This document shows, piece by piece, positions 1 to 11,191 of a stretch of DNA of 64,000 nucleotides; the stretch's first letter is position 1, and each line of letters opens with the position of its first letter. Origin of the DNA: Diplonema japonicum (Eukaryota > Protista > Euglenozoa: Diplonemea). Both the position numbers and the translations under genes were made by a program. The stretch lies in NCBI GenBank assembly GCA_964019335.1, contig OZ025718.1:1-64000 (forward strand), given 5' to 3'. The notes beneath the pieces were generated by a model, which was given only the letters and a program-made list of their open reading frames with translations, was not told where the DNA came from and ran no database searches.

Positions 1-1369
1 AAAAAAAAAAAAAAAAAAAAAAAGAAAAAATAAAAAAAAAAAAAAAATCTAAGTGGTTCTATCTAGCCTGGCCGTTGTAGCACCTGTTCCCTATTCTTTT
101 ATTTTTCCCTTTTTTTTTTTCTCAGAAAAAAAAAAAAAAAAGTTTCACATCTTCCTATGGCGGGGGGGGGGGGGGGGGGGGGGGGACCGTGTGTTGGGGG
201 AGGGGATCCTTTCGGTAAGCGGCGGGCAGGCCGACGGGCAAAACAACCCCCCCGGACGACGGCGACGACGGACGACGGACGCAGCGGCAAACCCAGGCAG
301 AGGCGGCAGGCACCAGCAGAACACGAACGACCAATAAAGTACAGAAACTGTAGCTTTAGAATCGTTGGTGGGGAAAATACTGCTATTTTGGCTTATTTTA
401 GGCTAAAATCCCTTAAGGGTCCCTTAAAGAGCAAACTTCTCAATTTTTAATTGTAATGAATAAAATTCACTATGATAGTTAGCAACGGCCCGCCGCGGTG
501 GCGTGCCTACCTTATGATGCCCCTTTTTTGGGGTCTTCCAATCCTTACTTTCCGGAAATCTTCTCTCAGTCCTTTCAGCTTGGTCGCCAGCTCCGATGCA
601 AACAGGGCCCTCCTATCAAAGCCAACGACGTGGTCGCGACCAATGGAGGTGTAGTGATCTCACGTTCTTGCATGACTGAGCCGGAAAAGCGCGTCTCCTC
701 TTCTCTCACTCCATGTCACTTGCAGCGTATCCAGGATCCGCTACGTTGTAGGCGTACGCGTACGCAGCAAAATCTGAAAAAGTGCGTACGGCGTACGGCT
801 GTGATTACGGCTCCTTGCACCTACAGGTACAGGCTACGGGTCAAAAGGGCTTACGTTGGACAAGAGGGGCAAATGGGAGTGGGACACAAAAATGGATGGA
901 AGAGAGGGTGAGCGGCAGGCTTCATGGAAACACACCCGATTCGTCTCTATCTACTAGCCTCTAGAGACGTTCTCTTCGTCACGGCACAAGCATGTGTTAC
1001 TGAGCCCCTCATGCGACAACTTTTATAGAAAAATACCTCTTTTTCTCTATTTCATCTTGTCCTTTCCTCCTGTAAAAGCCATACCACAGACTAACACAAC
1101 ACACAAACGCACAAAGATTTCCCATCCATGACACCTGTACTCTTTTCTGGCAGAAGAAGCCCGTCGGCGATTATTCAGTGCAAGGGATGGTTTCATAACG
1201 AAGTCATAGGGAACACTTATCCTTAATCGTACCTCTCATGTATTCTTCGTTCTCCTTGCAGGGGTGTCATCTTGGCCCTGAGATTCGATCAAGTATCACA
1301 ATTCTCTAAATAAATGAAAAAAATAAAAGGATACAATATACTTCCTACAATGGAACAAAGGACAAAGTC

Positions 1370-2151
1370 TTATCGAGTACGTGACTGGCGCTCCCTCAAC
1401 TTGCACCATTGAGGGGATAACCACATGGCACTGCCTGACATCACAGTCCGAGGGGGGGAAACAGGGGATTCATTCGCTTCTCGGGCTGATGTGCGTGCAG
1501 GGCGGCCGGGGATTTGGGGTGAAACGGGGGCATTGCTGTTTGGCAGAGAAGGAGAAGGCGGGGTTCCCGTGCGTGCTTGGGACGGGGCTACTACGGCTGT
1601 GGGTTCTCTAGAAGTCGCGAGGGCAGGCTGGCCGGGCACTGGACTAATTAAAGGCACTGCGCAGGCTGTAGAAGAGTGCCAAACACCGTCACCACTGTCC
1701 TCCTGTTGTGTTAAAGATGTGTTGGCAACATACTTGCCACGAGACGACATCTATGGGGCTCTCCCACTCGCTCCCGATAGAGGCCACATGCCCAGAGCCG
1801 ATACTGAACTCGTTGACGTCGCTTGTGATGACCCACATTCCGCTAGTGTTGCGGTACATCCATTTCTCTTTGTTGGATTTTACCCACAGTTCATTGTCGT
1901 TGACCTGCAAGGAGCTCAAGAAGTACTCACCTTCGCAGGACTTGTGATACACGCATTTCGACACATGTACTAGCATTGTCTTGTCCATGCTAATGCCTCT
2001 GCGCTCACGCACTGCAACCATGTCACCCAGTGCCTGCACAGTGTCCAAAACATGCTTATTGATCACTTCAAGGTTCGTGAGCTGTGTGGCTGCGCTAATA
2101 TCACTTGCATACTATTCTTTCAACTTCATCGGTCTGCACTAAGTCATCCAT
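1370..2151 (-). CDS. Hypothetical protein, 3 exons, with a Trp/Gly-rich small domain and a Pro/Ser-rich tail
   Basis: ATG at 2151 follows CAG. Removing introns 2082-2112 and 1703-1733 (31 nt each, GTATG..CAG) joins ORFs 1689..2066 and 1370..1750 in frame. Confidence 0.7.
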
Positions 2152-2721
2152 GCCTCCTGCATGTGTGAATATGCAAAAATACCAAGCAAAAAAAAAAAAA
2201 AGAGAGAGAGAAAAACACAGAACTTAAGAAAAGAAAGAAAAAATACTACCTTTAGCGCACTGAAGGCCTCTAGGCAAGCAAGATCCTAAATAAGCAACAG
2301 TCCCAAACAAGGTTCTTTTTCCCCAGAAAGGCCTGGGGACCCCCCAAAAGGGCCTAGTCTTCTAGTTCCCCTGAGAGACCCCTTGTTGTTACATTTCAGC
2401 AGATTTAGGATCTAAGTAAAATAAATGTAAGGAAGACTATCGAGATCGAAAGAGATTACATTTTCTTTTTCGGTACTTAGAAAGTAAAATCTCGGGGGAA
2501 AGAACCAGACACGCATCTGCTAACTGACACATGTCGCGTTTTAGCTCGAGAAAGCGAGTAGTGTACCCTTTATGAAACTAATAACATAATCCAGTTGTTG
2601 CAAAGGGAGTAACTCATAAAATACCTTTGTGTGCTCCAAAATAGGCAGAACACTAATACCTTAGAGAACATTTTAAGCAATAGGATCATTCCGTTCATGT
2701 TTTGCATTTGAATATATATAT

Positions 2722-4895
2722 CCCCTAAACGCCCGCGCGGACGTTTTTGTCCTTATTTCAAAATTTGCTTTTTCGCTATGTACTTTTTTTTGAACACGGC
2801 ACTTGGACTTCAAAATATGACATTGTTGCGCGGTTTATTTTGTCTTGGAACTACATTTTGCGTTAAAATTTAAGTTTTAATTGAAACCGGCAGGGTTGGC
2901 TTAAAATGGAATCAGACAGTCAAAATAGCAGCGAAAGCGCGAGTCTCCCCGACTGGTCAGATATTGAAGAAGAAGACGACGAGACGGTCGAGGGGCCGGA
3001 AACGATGCTTGGGTGGGAAAAATACTCCAAAAGGCCCGAAACGCACCGTTTCCGTGAAAAGGTGGGGCTCAAGACACCTCTGGGTGAAGCGGCCAACGAG
3101 GAGGGTGTTTTTAGTCTTTTTTTTACACGCGCGGTACTTGGGCTCATAGTTTCTTCTACAAACAGTCGCTGCGATGCAAAAGAGCATCGGGATCTGAACC
3201 TTTCCGTCCCAGAGTTCAAAGTTTGGCTTGGGTTGGTCCTGGTAATGGGTTTACGCTCGGCACCGAACATGAGGAGCTACTGGACAACGAATCCTAATTT
3301 AGCGATCCCGGCGTTTAAAGCTATGGGCAGAAACAGATTTGTCGACATCCAGCGTCACATCGCCTTTGACAACATAGAAAACGTCAGTAAGGACTCTGAA
3401 GACAAACTGCTCCTCATGCGCAGGTTTCTTGACATCATTGTCAACCGGTGTAGGACTGTGCGGACCCCTGGCAAGTGGTTGTCTGTTGACGACAGGGGAA
3501 TCCTCATTGCTAGCGTGTTTGCGCTTGGGGGTCGGTGACGGTGTAGTCGGGGGTGGTGTGCTATCGGCTTTTGGGGCATGGGCGAGAAGCTTGCCAACAA
3601 GTTCTTCTTTAAAGTTCGAGAAGCCATAATTTGTGCCACATTCCCTGTTCTCCTTCCAGATTATGAAGGAGTTGGCAACACAGCTTTCCAGGACCCAATA
3701 AAAAACGGCCATGGTCCACTTACGGATTTTCATATGCCGAACCCCGATCCCCTGGAGCTGGTCGTGCCGGTCGACCCCCCCATGTTGTTGTTGTAGTCAA
3801 TAACCTGGTAGGGACATTCCACCTTCCTGGTCTTCCACTTCCCCTTCTCCTTCTTCGAGCGTTCGACGCTCGTGTTTTCATCCCCCAGAGGCAAGGTGGA
3901 CATGAAGAACACCTCGCGTGAGTCCATCCACCGGATGAGGTGCACCGGACCCTGCTGCAGCATCATCCACTGCCCCTCCCTGAGCTGCAGCTGCTTCTGC
4001 GCCTTTGTCATCCTCCCTGGCGTGTTCCTTTTCGGGCTGCGGAAGGAAGCCGGAATGCTCCGGCAGTTCCTCCTGCAGGTCGAGCAGGAGTGCATCTTGT
4101 TTTCGTATAGCTTCTGATGGAGCCCCAGGGAACAGAAGAAGTTGTCGAAGGCGATACTACGGTGGGTTCCCAGCCAGGGGTCGACAGCACACATGACTAG
4201 GTCCTGTGTTGTGGACTTCTTGCTGCAAATGTTGAAATTCGCCAGGTAACCGTTTGATGAGTCGCATGTAGCGATTACCTTGATGCCCACCGAGTTGTTT
4301 TTTCGTGGTGCCATGACTTTCATTGTTGTCCGCCCATCAAAGGGGTAACAGAAATACCCAAAACATCTCGATTCGACCCTAAATCACACCTCCGAGACCA
4401 TGTTGAACGGAACGAAGGTGAGGAGGGTGCTCTGTGTTGTTCCTGGGTGCGAGAAGAAGGTGCAAACGTGGTGCCCCTGTTGCAAAGCCCCCTTATGCAA
4501 AACGTGTTTTTTACCCTTCCATGCTACCCCGGCTGGAAAAAAAGCTCGTAAGTTGCTTTTTTCACCGAGCCCCAAAAAGTCTCCAGACTGACCTCAATCC
4601 TAGAGTTCAGGGCACCAAATAGGGCTGAATGCTGCCCTATTTAGCCCAGCCATAACTCCACGGACCCCCCACGACAAGACCCCCCAAAATCGGACATAAA
4701 ATGTACCCCCTCAACCCCCCTGTTACACACATAGTTAAGTGTTCTCATCTGAATCTGGCACCTGGAATTGAAAATTTTAGTACCGTTTACCCTTTCCTTG
4801 CACCTTCCTATGGTTGCATGCTGCCCTTTTTTTGAGTATTCAAAGCAACAACGAAAATGGGGGGGTACCGTAGATAGGCTCCGGGCGTTTAGGGG
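2722..4895. mobile_element. piggyBac-superfamily DNA transposon with an internal inversion
   Basis: Perfect 14-bp TIRs CCCCTAAACGCCCG (2722-2735) and CGGGCGTTTAGGGG (4882-4895). ATAT on both flanks (2718-2721, 4896-4899). Encloses transposase fragments. Confidence 0.92.
2906..4591 (+). pseudogene. piggyBac transposase disrupted by inversion of ~3493-4354 and a 1-nt frameshift in a G run
   Basis: + strand N-terminus (FSLFFT, EFKVWLGL, YW, MGRNRF, LSVD). - strand core (PFDGR..K..GIKV, FDNFF, GGVD after adding 1 G at ~3775-3781, KW..VFYW..NSFI). + strand Cys-rich C-terminal domain (CVVPGC..CPCCKAPLCKTCF..H). Confidence 0.9.
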
Positions 4896-5343
4896 ATATA
4901 AAAAAAAAAAAAAGAAGAATAGGAATGAAAATTAAAAATTTCGCGCCGCACTAACACTAAAAATGTACGTTTGGGACGTTTAAGAAAAGAACTGGTGCAG
5001 ATGAAGCCAGCCCCAACTTCGAAGCTGGGCACCAAGGGCTAAAGGGGGAAGCAAAAAAAAGAACAAGGTCAAAAAAACACGACCGATCGTGTGATGTTTA
5101 AACGCTCTATATTCGCTAAGTGACCCACCAGAACCCGCATTTTGAAGAGCTAAAAAAATTTCTAATTGCTTTTCTAGGGTTGGAATGGATTTATTTGCGT
5201 CCGGGGCCCAATGTTCGACATATGGAATTTTTTTTTGTAATAAAACTTTTTTTGGTGATTTGCCTTACTTTGTACTATACAAAATGAAGCAGCTCCGGTG
5301 GAAAAAACACAGCACAAGTGGGGTTCGACCCCTGATGAAAAAA

Positions 5344-5421
5344 CCACTGCGTCGGGATTCGAACCCGCGACTCCTGGAACAAGGGGCCAGGTGAGCACGG
5401 TAACCACTCTACCACACAGGA
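5344..5421 (-). ncRNA. tRNA-like sequence (pseudo-tRNA or SINE head) with Pol III terminator
   Basis: A-box-like TGGTAGAGTGG, T-arm CGGGTTCGAATCCCG, 6/7-bp acceptor stem, CCTGG/CCAGG stem with a non-canonical 9-nt loop. Followed directly by T6. Confidence 0.65.
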
Positions 5422-5699
5422 ATTCAAAACTCTGACCCCCCATCTTTACTCAGGCATCCGGCATAGTGAGTGGAGTAGGTCCCTTCTTTCCACACCAGAT
5501 ATCCTCCAGATACACACTCACGACGCGCCTCAGCCCATCAACACTGTGATGAATAAACACACAGAATAAGAGATGAGATAGAGGAGGTTCCTGTTCTGGA
5601 ACGTCCTTGTCTACTTATCTCTACTTATCTACCCCTTTCCCTGTTCTCGAAGTCTAGTACGAGTTCCATTGTGGTGACTCGTCTTCCTCGGTCCGTCGT

Positions 5700-6540
5700 A
5701 CTACTTTAGATTCCTGAGCTACTTGATAATGTCTTTCTCCGTGCTTCATCATCAGGCTCCCGCTCACGTGCTTCTTCAGCTCCTACCACTCAGGTGGTGT
5801 GCATGAGCGTTTCCTTCCGTTATCTGTTCCAGGGGTGCGTCGTGTACGTTTCTAGCATTCTCTTGTCCTGGAGAAGCCGGTCTCGTTTTGCCACCATTTC
5901 CCAAGTTGTACTGCGTCTTCCTCAGCCGGTGTTGGTGTGATCGGTGACCAACACAGAATAATGATGAAAAGAAAGTAGTACACTGAAGAGTAGGGGTCAC
6001 CAGAAAAATCTGTTGTTTCTTCAGACGCTTGATCCACCCGAAGTAGAACAGCAGGAAGGGGGGAGGAGGAAGGGGGGGGAGGTACTGATGTCTTCTTCTT
6101 TACTTTCTGTTGTCGCTACTGTTTTTGCTGCTGCTACTGCTGCTGTTACTGTTGTTGCTGCTGCGTTGAGGAGGTTGTCCATGTCTGTTGTGCCTCGGGT
6201 GGCCCTCCTCTGCTTCCTCGGTCTTGTGCTTCTTGTACAAGATGAGGCTGGGGTGCCATCCTTTGTTTTTGCCTGCATATGGCACTTCCACCCGTCTGCT
6301 CTGAGATCTCACTTCTTGCCTTCTTTTGTGTGTGGACCCGGTAGTGGAGCTCCTTGTGGCTGTACTCCGCTATCGCGATCCTGTCCATCTGGAGTCCTCG
6401 TTGTCTGAGGCTCTCTGCTGGCTGGAAGGGCTTGCTTTGGTCTTTCCCTTCGAGTTGCCCATGTGCTCTCAGGAGTAGGAAGTATTCTCCGGTCGTCGTC
6501 ACTGCTTGTTTCATAGTCTCCGTTCCGTTCAGGCTGGTCA
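5700..6540 (-). pseudogene. Probable decayed non-LTR retrotransposon fragment (region C-terminal to the RT domain)
   Basis: Frame-broken peptides resemble LINE post-RT motifs (PYAG..GWHPSL; QRRATRGTTDMDNLLNAA; ETLMH..DIIK*LRNLK). Degenerate and recognised by eye only. Confidence 0.3.
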
Positions 6541-8284
6541 TCAAACCAGGGCACGCGGGTCAAGGATCTTCCAACGCAAACGTGACCGGTGATCGGTGTA
6601 ATTCCCACATAAGTACCTTCCAAGCAGAAATACTTCTGCCCCAAAGGCAACGTCACTTTCAAATGACTATGCCATTTGGACTGTACGTTGCCCTGTGGTG
6701 GACGGCGTAGACGCGCATCTGTCTCTGCAACTATAAACTCCCCTACGGAACCCTTAAATACTTTCGGCTGAACTACTGGTCAGGAAGATGCTGGCTTCTG
6801 GGATCGAACCCTGTTAACCATGTTTTTCAAAGGGAAAAGTGCCCAGTTGCAAAAGTTTGGCAAAAATGGCCAAAACTCAAAATGGCGACTTCCAAGGTCA
6901 TTTTGGTTGACCCCCAATATTTCTTTTTGGAAAATCTTTTTTGGAACTTCCTTGGAACTCACCGTTCTTTCATGTTCGACATATGGATTTTTTGAAAAAA
7001 AAAATTCAATGAACCTTTGGGCATTTTTGACATTTTTTCCCGCCAGCCCCCTATAACCCCTTTGGGACATAGGGCGGGTCACTTAGCGAATATGGAGCGT
7101 TAATTTTTTTTCTTTTTTTTTTCTTCTCATCGTCTCTGCATCGTCTTCTTGTATCCACATACGGTGGTATGAAAGGAGAGAGTGCCAGGGGGAAAAGTTC
7201 AGGCTGCTTTGGAAAATAAGTTTTTGTTTGCACGTGAGGTTGAAACCTGTAAGAGGTTACCACACGTTGTCATCGTCCTCTTTTTGTTAAGAAGCATAAA
7301 AGATAAGACAATGCGTGACAAGCTCTGGAGTTACAAGCCAAAAGAATACACTATACACATGTCAACAGTTGCCCAGTTGGTCGGGTCAAAGTGCCGCATG
7401 GCTCTTCCGGAGATTCTAACCGACAAAAAAAATAATTTGAAAGGGGAGAGAGGGGAGAAAGGCCTTCCTCAAAAACTTCCTTTTTTTTTGAATTCATAAT
7501 TCAACTCGAGTTTTCCGTTTTTCTTTCTATTCTTAATTTTTCGTTTTCGTTTTCTTTTCCTCACAAGGACCCTGCTGGAAAAAACGGTTAATACGGTAGG
7601 TGAAAAATGTCCGGGAGTTCTTCATAAGGCTTTATATTCTTTTCTTAATGAACAGTTTTCTAACGGTTTTCTTTTTTTATTTTTTTCCTGTCCTTGCAGG
7701 ACTCAAAACTTTCTTCAAACTCATAAACCTTTCAAAATAAGCTGTTCGACAGTCAAGGCATATTGACAACGTGGCTTGTAAAGCGCCCAGCTTTGATTCC
7801 AGCTGACGACGCTGGCCATTTGTCCCCAAAAGGAGATCAGTGCTGTTCACACAGATGTCTAGGATTGTATGGAATGCCCATGCATGGCCGATGGGTATCA
7901 ACATCGTCCCTACATTCATGTTTGGCTGTATCTCGAGTGCCTTACCGACAGAGGGCAGCCTTGGAGGATAGCTCTAAACAGGTCGCCCACTCCAAAAAAA
8001 AAGGGGGGGAATGAGAATGTGAATCGAGAGAAAAAACGGAACATAAAAATCTTTTTTTATAAAATGAAAATAATGGAATAGGTATATCTGTTTTGTCTAA
8101 AACCATAGTAAAGGAATCTAGTAATATACAATAGGTGAGTTTAGTTGGGATAGGGCTTTTTCCTCTTTTTTTTCCCCTTTCTAGTTCCTCTTCCACTGCT
8201 CACGCGTTTTCAGTTATTTTAATTTTCTTTTTCTTTTCTTTTTCTTTTTCTTTATATATTTCGTAACAACCAGTGCCCCTGACA

Positions 8285-11125
8285 TCACCACAACAAACTT
8301 GCGAGCTTGAGGCCCATTTCAAGGATGCAGGCGATCTGTCGGCTGTTGAATTCCTTGATGATGGTTTCGAAATAACCTGTTTTCTCGTAAGCGAAAATTG
8401 CATAGTTGAAGTTGGTTTGTATGAACAGCACCGCTACAAGCTCGGCGAGAAACCTGAACGCCAAGTAGAAGAAGCCACTCTTTGCAAGGAACATCTTATG
8501 GTGCTTCATGTAGTAGAACATATCGTACTGGTACGCTTTGTCTACTTCAGGCGGTGGAGGCAGACACGACTGCAGCACATGGTACAGCCCCTTGATCAGC
8601 AGCACCAGCGGCCCCCACAACCACGCGTAAAAGAACACCATAGGCAGGGCATGCGTCACGATACCAGGCAGCGAGATGATGAGCGACAGCCCTAGCGTCA
8701 ACAACACAGGTTTTCCAACACCTGCGACGAACTGTTGAAACGTTGGCTTGAATGAGTACCTGAAGTACAAGGTCACGCTACCGCAGTCTGCCATAAGTGT
8801 CGGGTACCCGCTGTTGAACAGCTTGAAGTACACTTCCTCATAAGCCTCCCAATTGCTGTGTTTATTCGCTCGCCCGCCGTGCCCGTCAGACAGCGCAGTA
8901 ATTATGGACAGGACGAAGAACGTCATCAAAAACAGCCCCTTCGCCGCTAGCAGCGGTGGCGCACTCGCAACAAACACCGCCATCATGGTGCGCCGCTCGA
9001 CTTTCTGCGGTGTGATCAAGTACTCCGAGTCATGTTCTGCCATGGAGCACTCCCCCACTGCATCCAGCGGCATAACAAGCGTTGCGCTCCCCTTGAAAGA
9101 CACGATCACTTGCAGCCGCTCGAACTCCTCCTCCCGATCGATGCGCATGATCTCCCCTACGCACAGCTCGAAGTCCGACCACCATTTTTGCCATCTGTCT
9201 CCGCACAACTTTTCGAGTTTTTCCTTTTCGGCAACTCTGCAGAACCGACCACCCCAATCTGCGACCTTTTTGCATGACGACTCAGGCAGCCACACCACCA
9301 CCGGTTCAACAAGCATAAGACCCTTCCAGTTCCCATCGCTGTGCGTAACCTTGAAGCTGCATTTCGAACACAATTGAACAAACCGCGACTCAAGTCTTTC
9401 ATCGGACACTCGTATCTTAGGGCCTGTATCCTCGAGGGTGAGTGGTTCCATCTCCATCCCAGCCATCTTGTCAACGATCGACGATCTCAACCACACAGTG
9501 CAGTGCCTGAATGCTAGCAATAGAACAGATGCACGCCCCTTGTTTTTTTTTGCGATAACATCACCAAACTCGCCGAACACGCCCCTTAAAGCATACTCCG
9601 TCATCAATGGATCATCTTCCCTCTCAGCGTTCATCAGCAACGGGTTTCGTGCGTTGCCGATGCAATCGTGGCACTTGAACCCTGCGTCACGCAGCTCGCC
9701 GGTTCTACCGTCATTCCCACACACCACACACAACTTACTCGCGGCGGTGATGCTTGCATTGCTGGAGAGCAATGGTGCATCTTTGCTCGCGGTGTGCTCG
9801 GTGTACTGTTCTTCCACGTCATCATCAATCTCACCAGTGGTATTTACTTTGTAACACCCAATCGTGTTATGCTGTGTTAGGTGTTCCTCCGGCTCAAAAG
9901 GCACATAACCCCTCCCGTACTGCCCAGGCCCCTCGTGCTCGGAGCGTCCAGAGTGTTCAAAGATGCTTGCACTGTCTCCCACATAACCAGTAGTTTCGAA
10001 CCCTTCTGTCGGTGCGCTGCTTTGAATGGACTGTGCATGTTTTCGCCGCAGTTGCTTGCCCCGTCCTGATCCCAGCAGCCCTACAATGTCCAAAGACAGC
10101 TTTGCAGTATCTGTGATGCGGCTCTTGGCCTTTCGTTGCCTTCTGGGGTATGTTGAATTGAACGTAGACTCGCTTTTTGTGGGTGACGTCATCTCGGGCA
10201 TATCCACGTTGATGGACGTGTCTTCCGCAAGCCACGAAGAGTGCCGCCCAGAAACCTCCAGTTCCATGAATTCAGCGCCCTGTGAATTGTCCCTTCGAAA
10301 CTTCAAAGACCTAGACTTATTCATTGACCTTGCCGATCTGCCTTCATCCTGCACAAACTTCTCGAAACCTCTGGGTTCATCAATCACGGCCGGGGCCTCT
10401 TCGACGGCGTTGTGGTCTTCTCTGTAACCAAAACTAAAGTCGGGAAGGAACATGTCGTCGGTGGGCTGCTGCTCGATAAGCAGCATGACTAGCACGTTAG
10501 GCACGATCTCGTTCTCGCCGAGCTCTTTCCGCTTGGTAGCGAGGCAAGGGAAAATCTTGCCTGGGAGGGTCTTCATGAGCCTGTCGACATGGTCTTGCAG
10601 ACAGAAGTTAATTAAGATACAGGCCATAAGAAAGACGAAAATTCCAATGGCCTGTATGAAGTAAGGTGGGGGCGATTCGTTCATGAAGACCCACGTGCAC
10701 GACGAGCAGTGGAAGCGGGACCGTGAGAAGGAGTTGTTATAGTTGTCACCGCACTCATCGTTTGTGAGGTTTGCAAAATACAACACATTCCCAGAACAAG
10801 AAGTGTTCGTGGAGTCGTAAAAGGTAATGATGACCCAGTCATCCTTTGCATTTAAGTTGCTGCTGCTTCCCTCAGGGTCCGCGCACTCGATCTTTACATC
10901 GAAGTCCGTAACTGTCCCATTATCCGACAACTCACCCCCGACAGTCTTTAGTGGGTCGCCCAGTCGCAGATCAGCGGAATGCAGGCATTCACCACCCAAT
11001 GTCCACTCGTGGTGCAGTACATTGGACTGGCTGTTGCCAGCACATGTAACAGGCGTCTCCCACCATTCCCACATCACAGAAGACCCCCATTGCGCCGATA
11101 CCAAGACAGTTAATAGTATCGTCAT
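8285..11125 (-). CDS. Multi-pass membrane protein with signal peptide, Cys-containing ectodomain and cytosolic CxxC..CxxC motif
   Basis: 946-aa ORF with hydrophobic N-terminus, TM at ~aa155-177, LCVVCG..FKCHDC, and several C-terminal TM segments. Confidence 0.85.
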   Translation of the reverse strand: MTILLTVLVSAQWGSSVMWEWWETPVTCAGNSQSNVLHHEWTLGGECLHSADLRLGDPLKTVGGELSDNGTVTDFDVKIECADPEGSSSNLNAKDDWVIITFYDSTNTSCSGNVLYFANLTNDECGDNYNNSFSRSRFHCSSCTWVFMNESPPPYFIQAIGIFVFLMACILINFCLQDHVDRLMKTLPGKIFPCLATKRKELGENEIVPNVLVMLLIEQQPTDDMFLPDFSFGYREDHNAVEEAPAVIDEPRGFEKFVQDEGRSARSMNKSRSLKFRRDNSQGAEFMELEVSGRHSSWLAEDTSINVDMPEMTSPTKSESTFNSTYPRRQRKAKSRITDTAKLSLDIVGLLGSGRGKQLRRKHAQSIQSSAPTEGFETTGYVGDSASIFEHSGRSEHEGPGQYGRGYVPFEPEEHLTQHNTIGCYKVNTTGEIDDDVEEQYTEHTASKDAPLLSSNASITAASKLCVVCGNDGRTGELRDAGFKCHDCIGNARNPLLMNAEREDDPLMTEYALRGVFGEFGDVIAKKNKGRASVLLLAFRHCTVWLRSSIVDKMAGMEMEPLTLEDTGPKIRVSDERLESRFVQLCSKCSFKVTHSDGNWKGLMLVEPVVVWLPESSCKKVADWGGRFCRVAEKEKLEKLCGDRWQKWWSDFELCVGEIMRIDREEEFERLQVIVSFKGSATLVMPLDAVGECSMAEHDSEYLITPQKVERRTMMAVFVASAPPLLAAKGLFLMTFFVLSIITALSDGHGGRANKHSNWEAYEEVYFKLFNSGYPTLMADCGSVTLYFRYSFKPTFQQFVAGVGKPVLLTLGLSLIISLPGIVTHALPMVFFYAWLWGPLVLLIKGLYHVLQSCLPPPPEVDKAYQYDMFYYMKHHKMFLAKSGFFYLAFRFLAELVAVLFIQTNFNYAIFAYEKTGYFETIIKEFNSRQIACILEMGLKLASLLW

Positions 11126-11191
11126 TTCATATTTCCTGTTGTGTGATTGAGGTAGAACAGGCAGTGCTTCACTGATGTCTGATACATGTAA

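Larger units (their letters stand above)
5102..7100. mobile_element. Non-autonomous TIR element (~2.0 kb) with cargo
   Basis: 25-bp TIRs with 1 mismatch (ACGCTCTATATTCGCTAAGTGACCC at 5102-5126; partner at 7076-7100). TAA on both flanks. Identical 16-bp subterminal direct repeat ATGTTCGACATATGGA at 5211 and 6972. Confidence 0.85.

Noticed and set aside
3482-4352. 6-bp inverted repeat TCTGTT/AACAGA near the inversion ends as a recombination site
   Set aside because: Re-inverting at it deletes the catalytic Asp and breaks the frame, so it is not the breakpoint.
5344-5421. Functional canonical tRNA
   Set aside because: 9-nt anticodon loop and weak D stem; no assignable anticodon.
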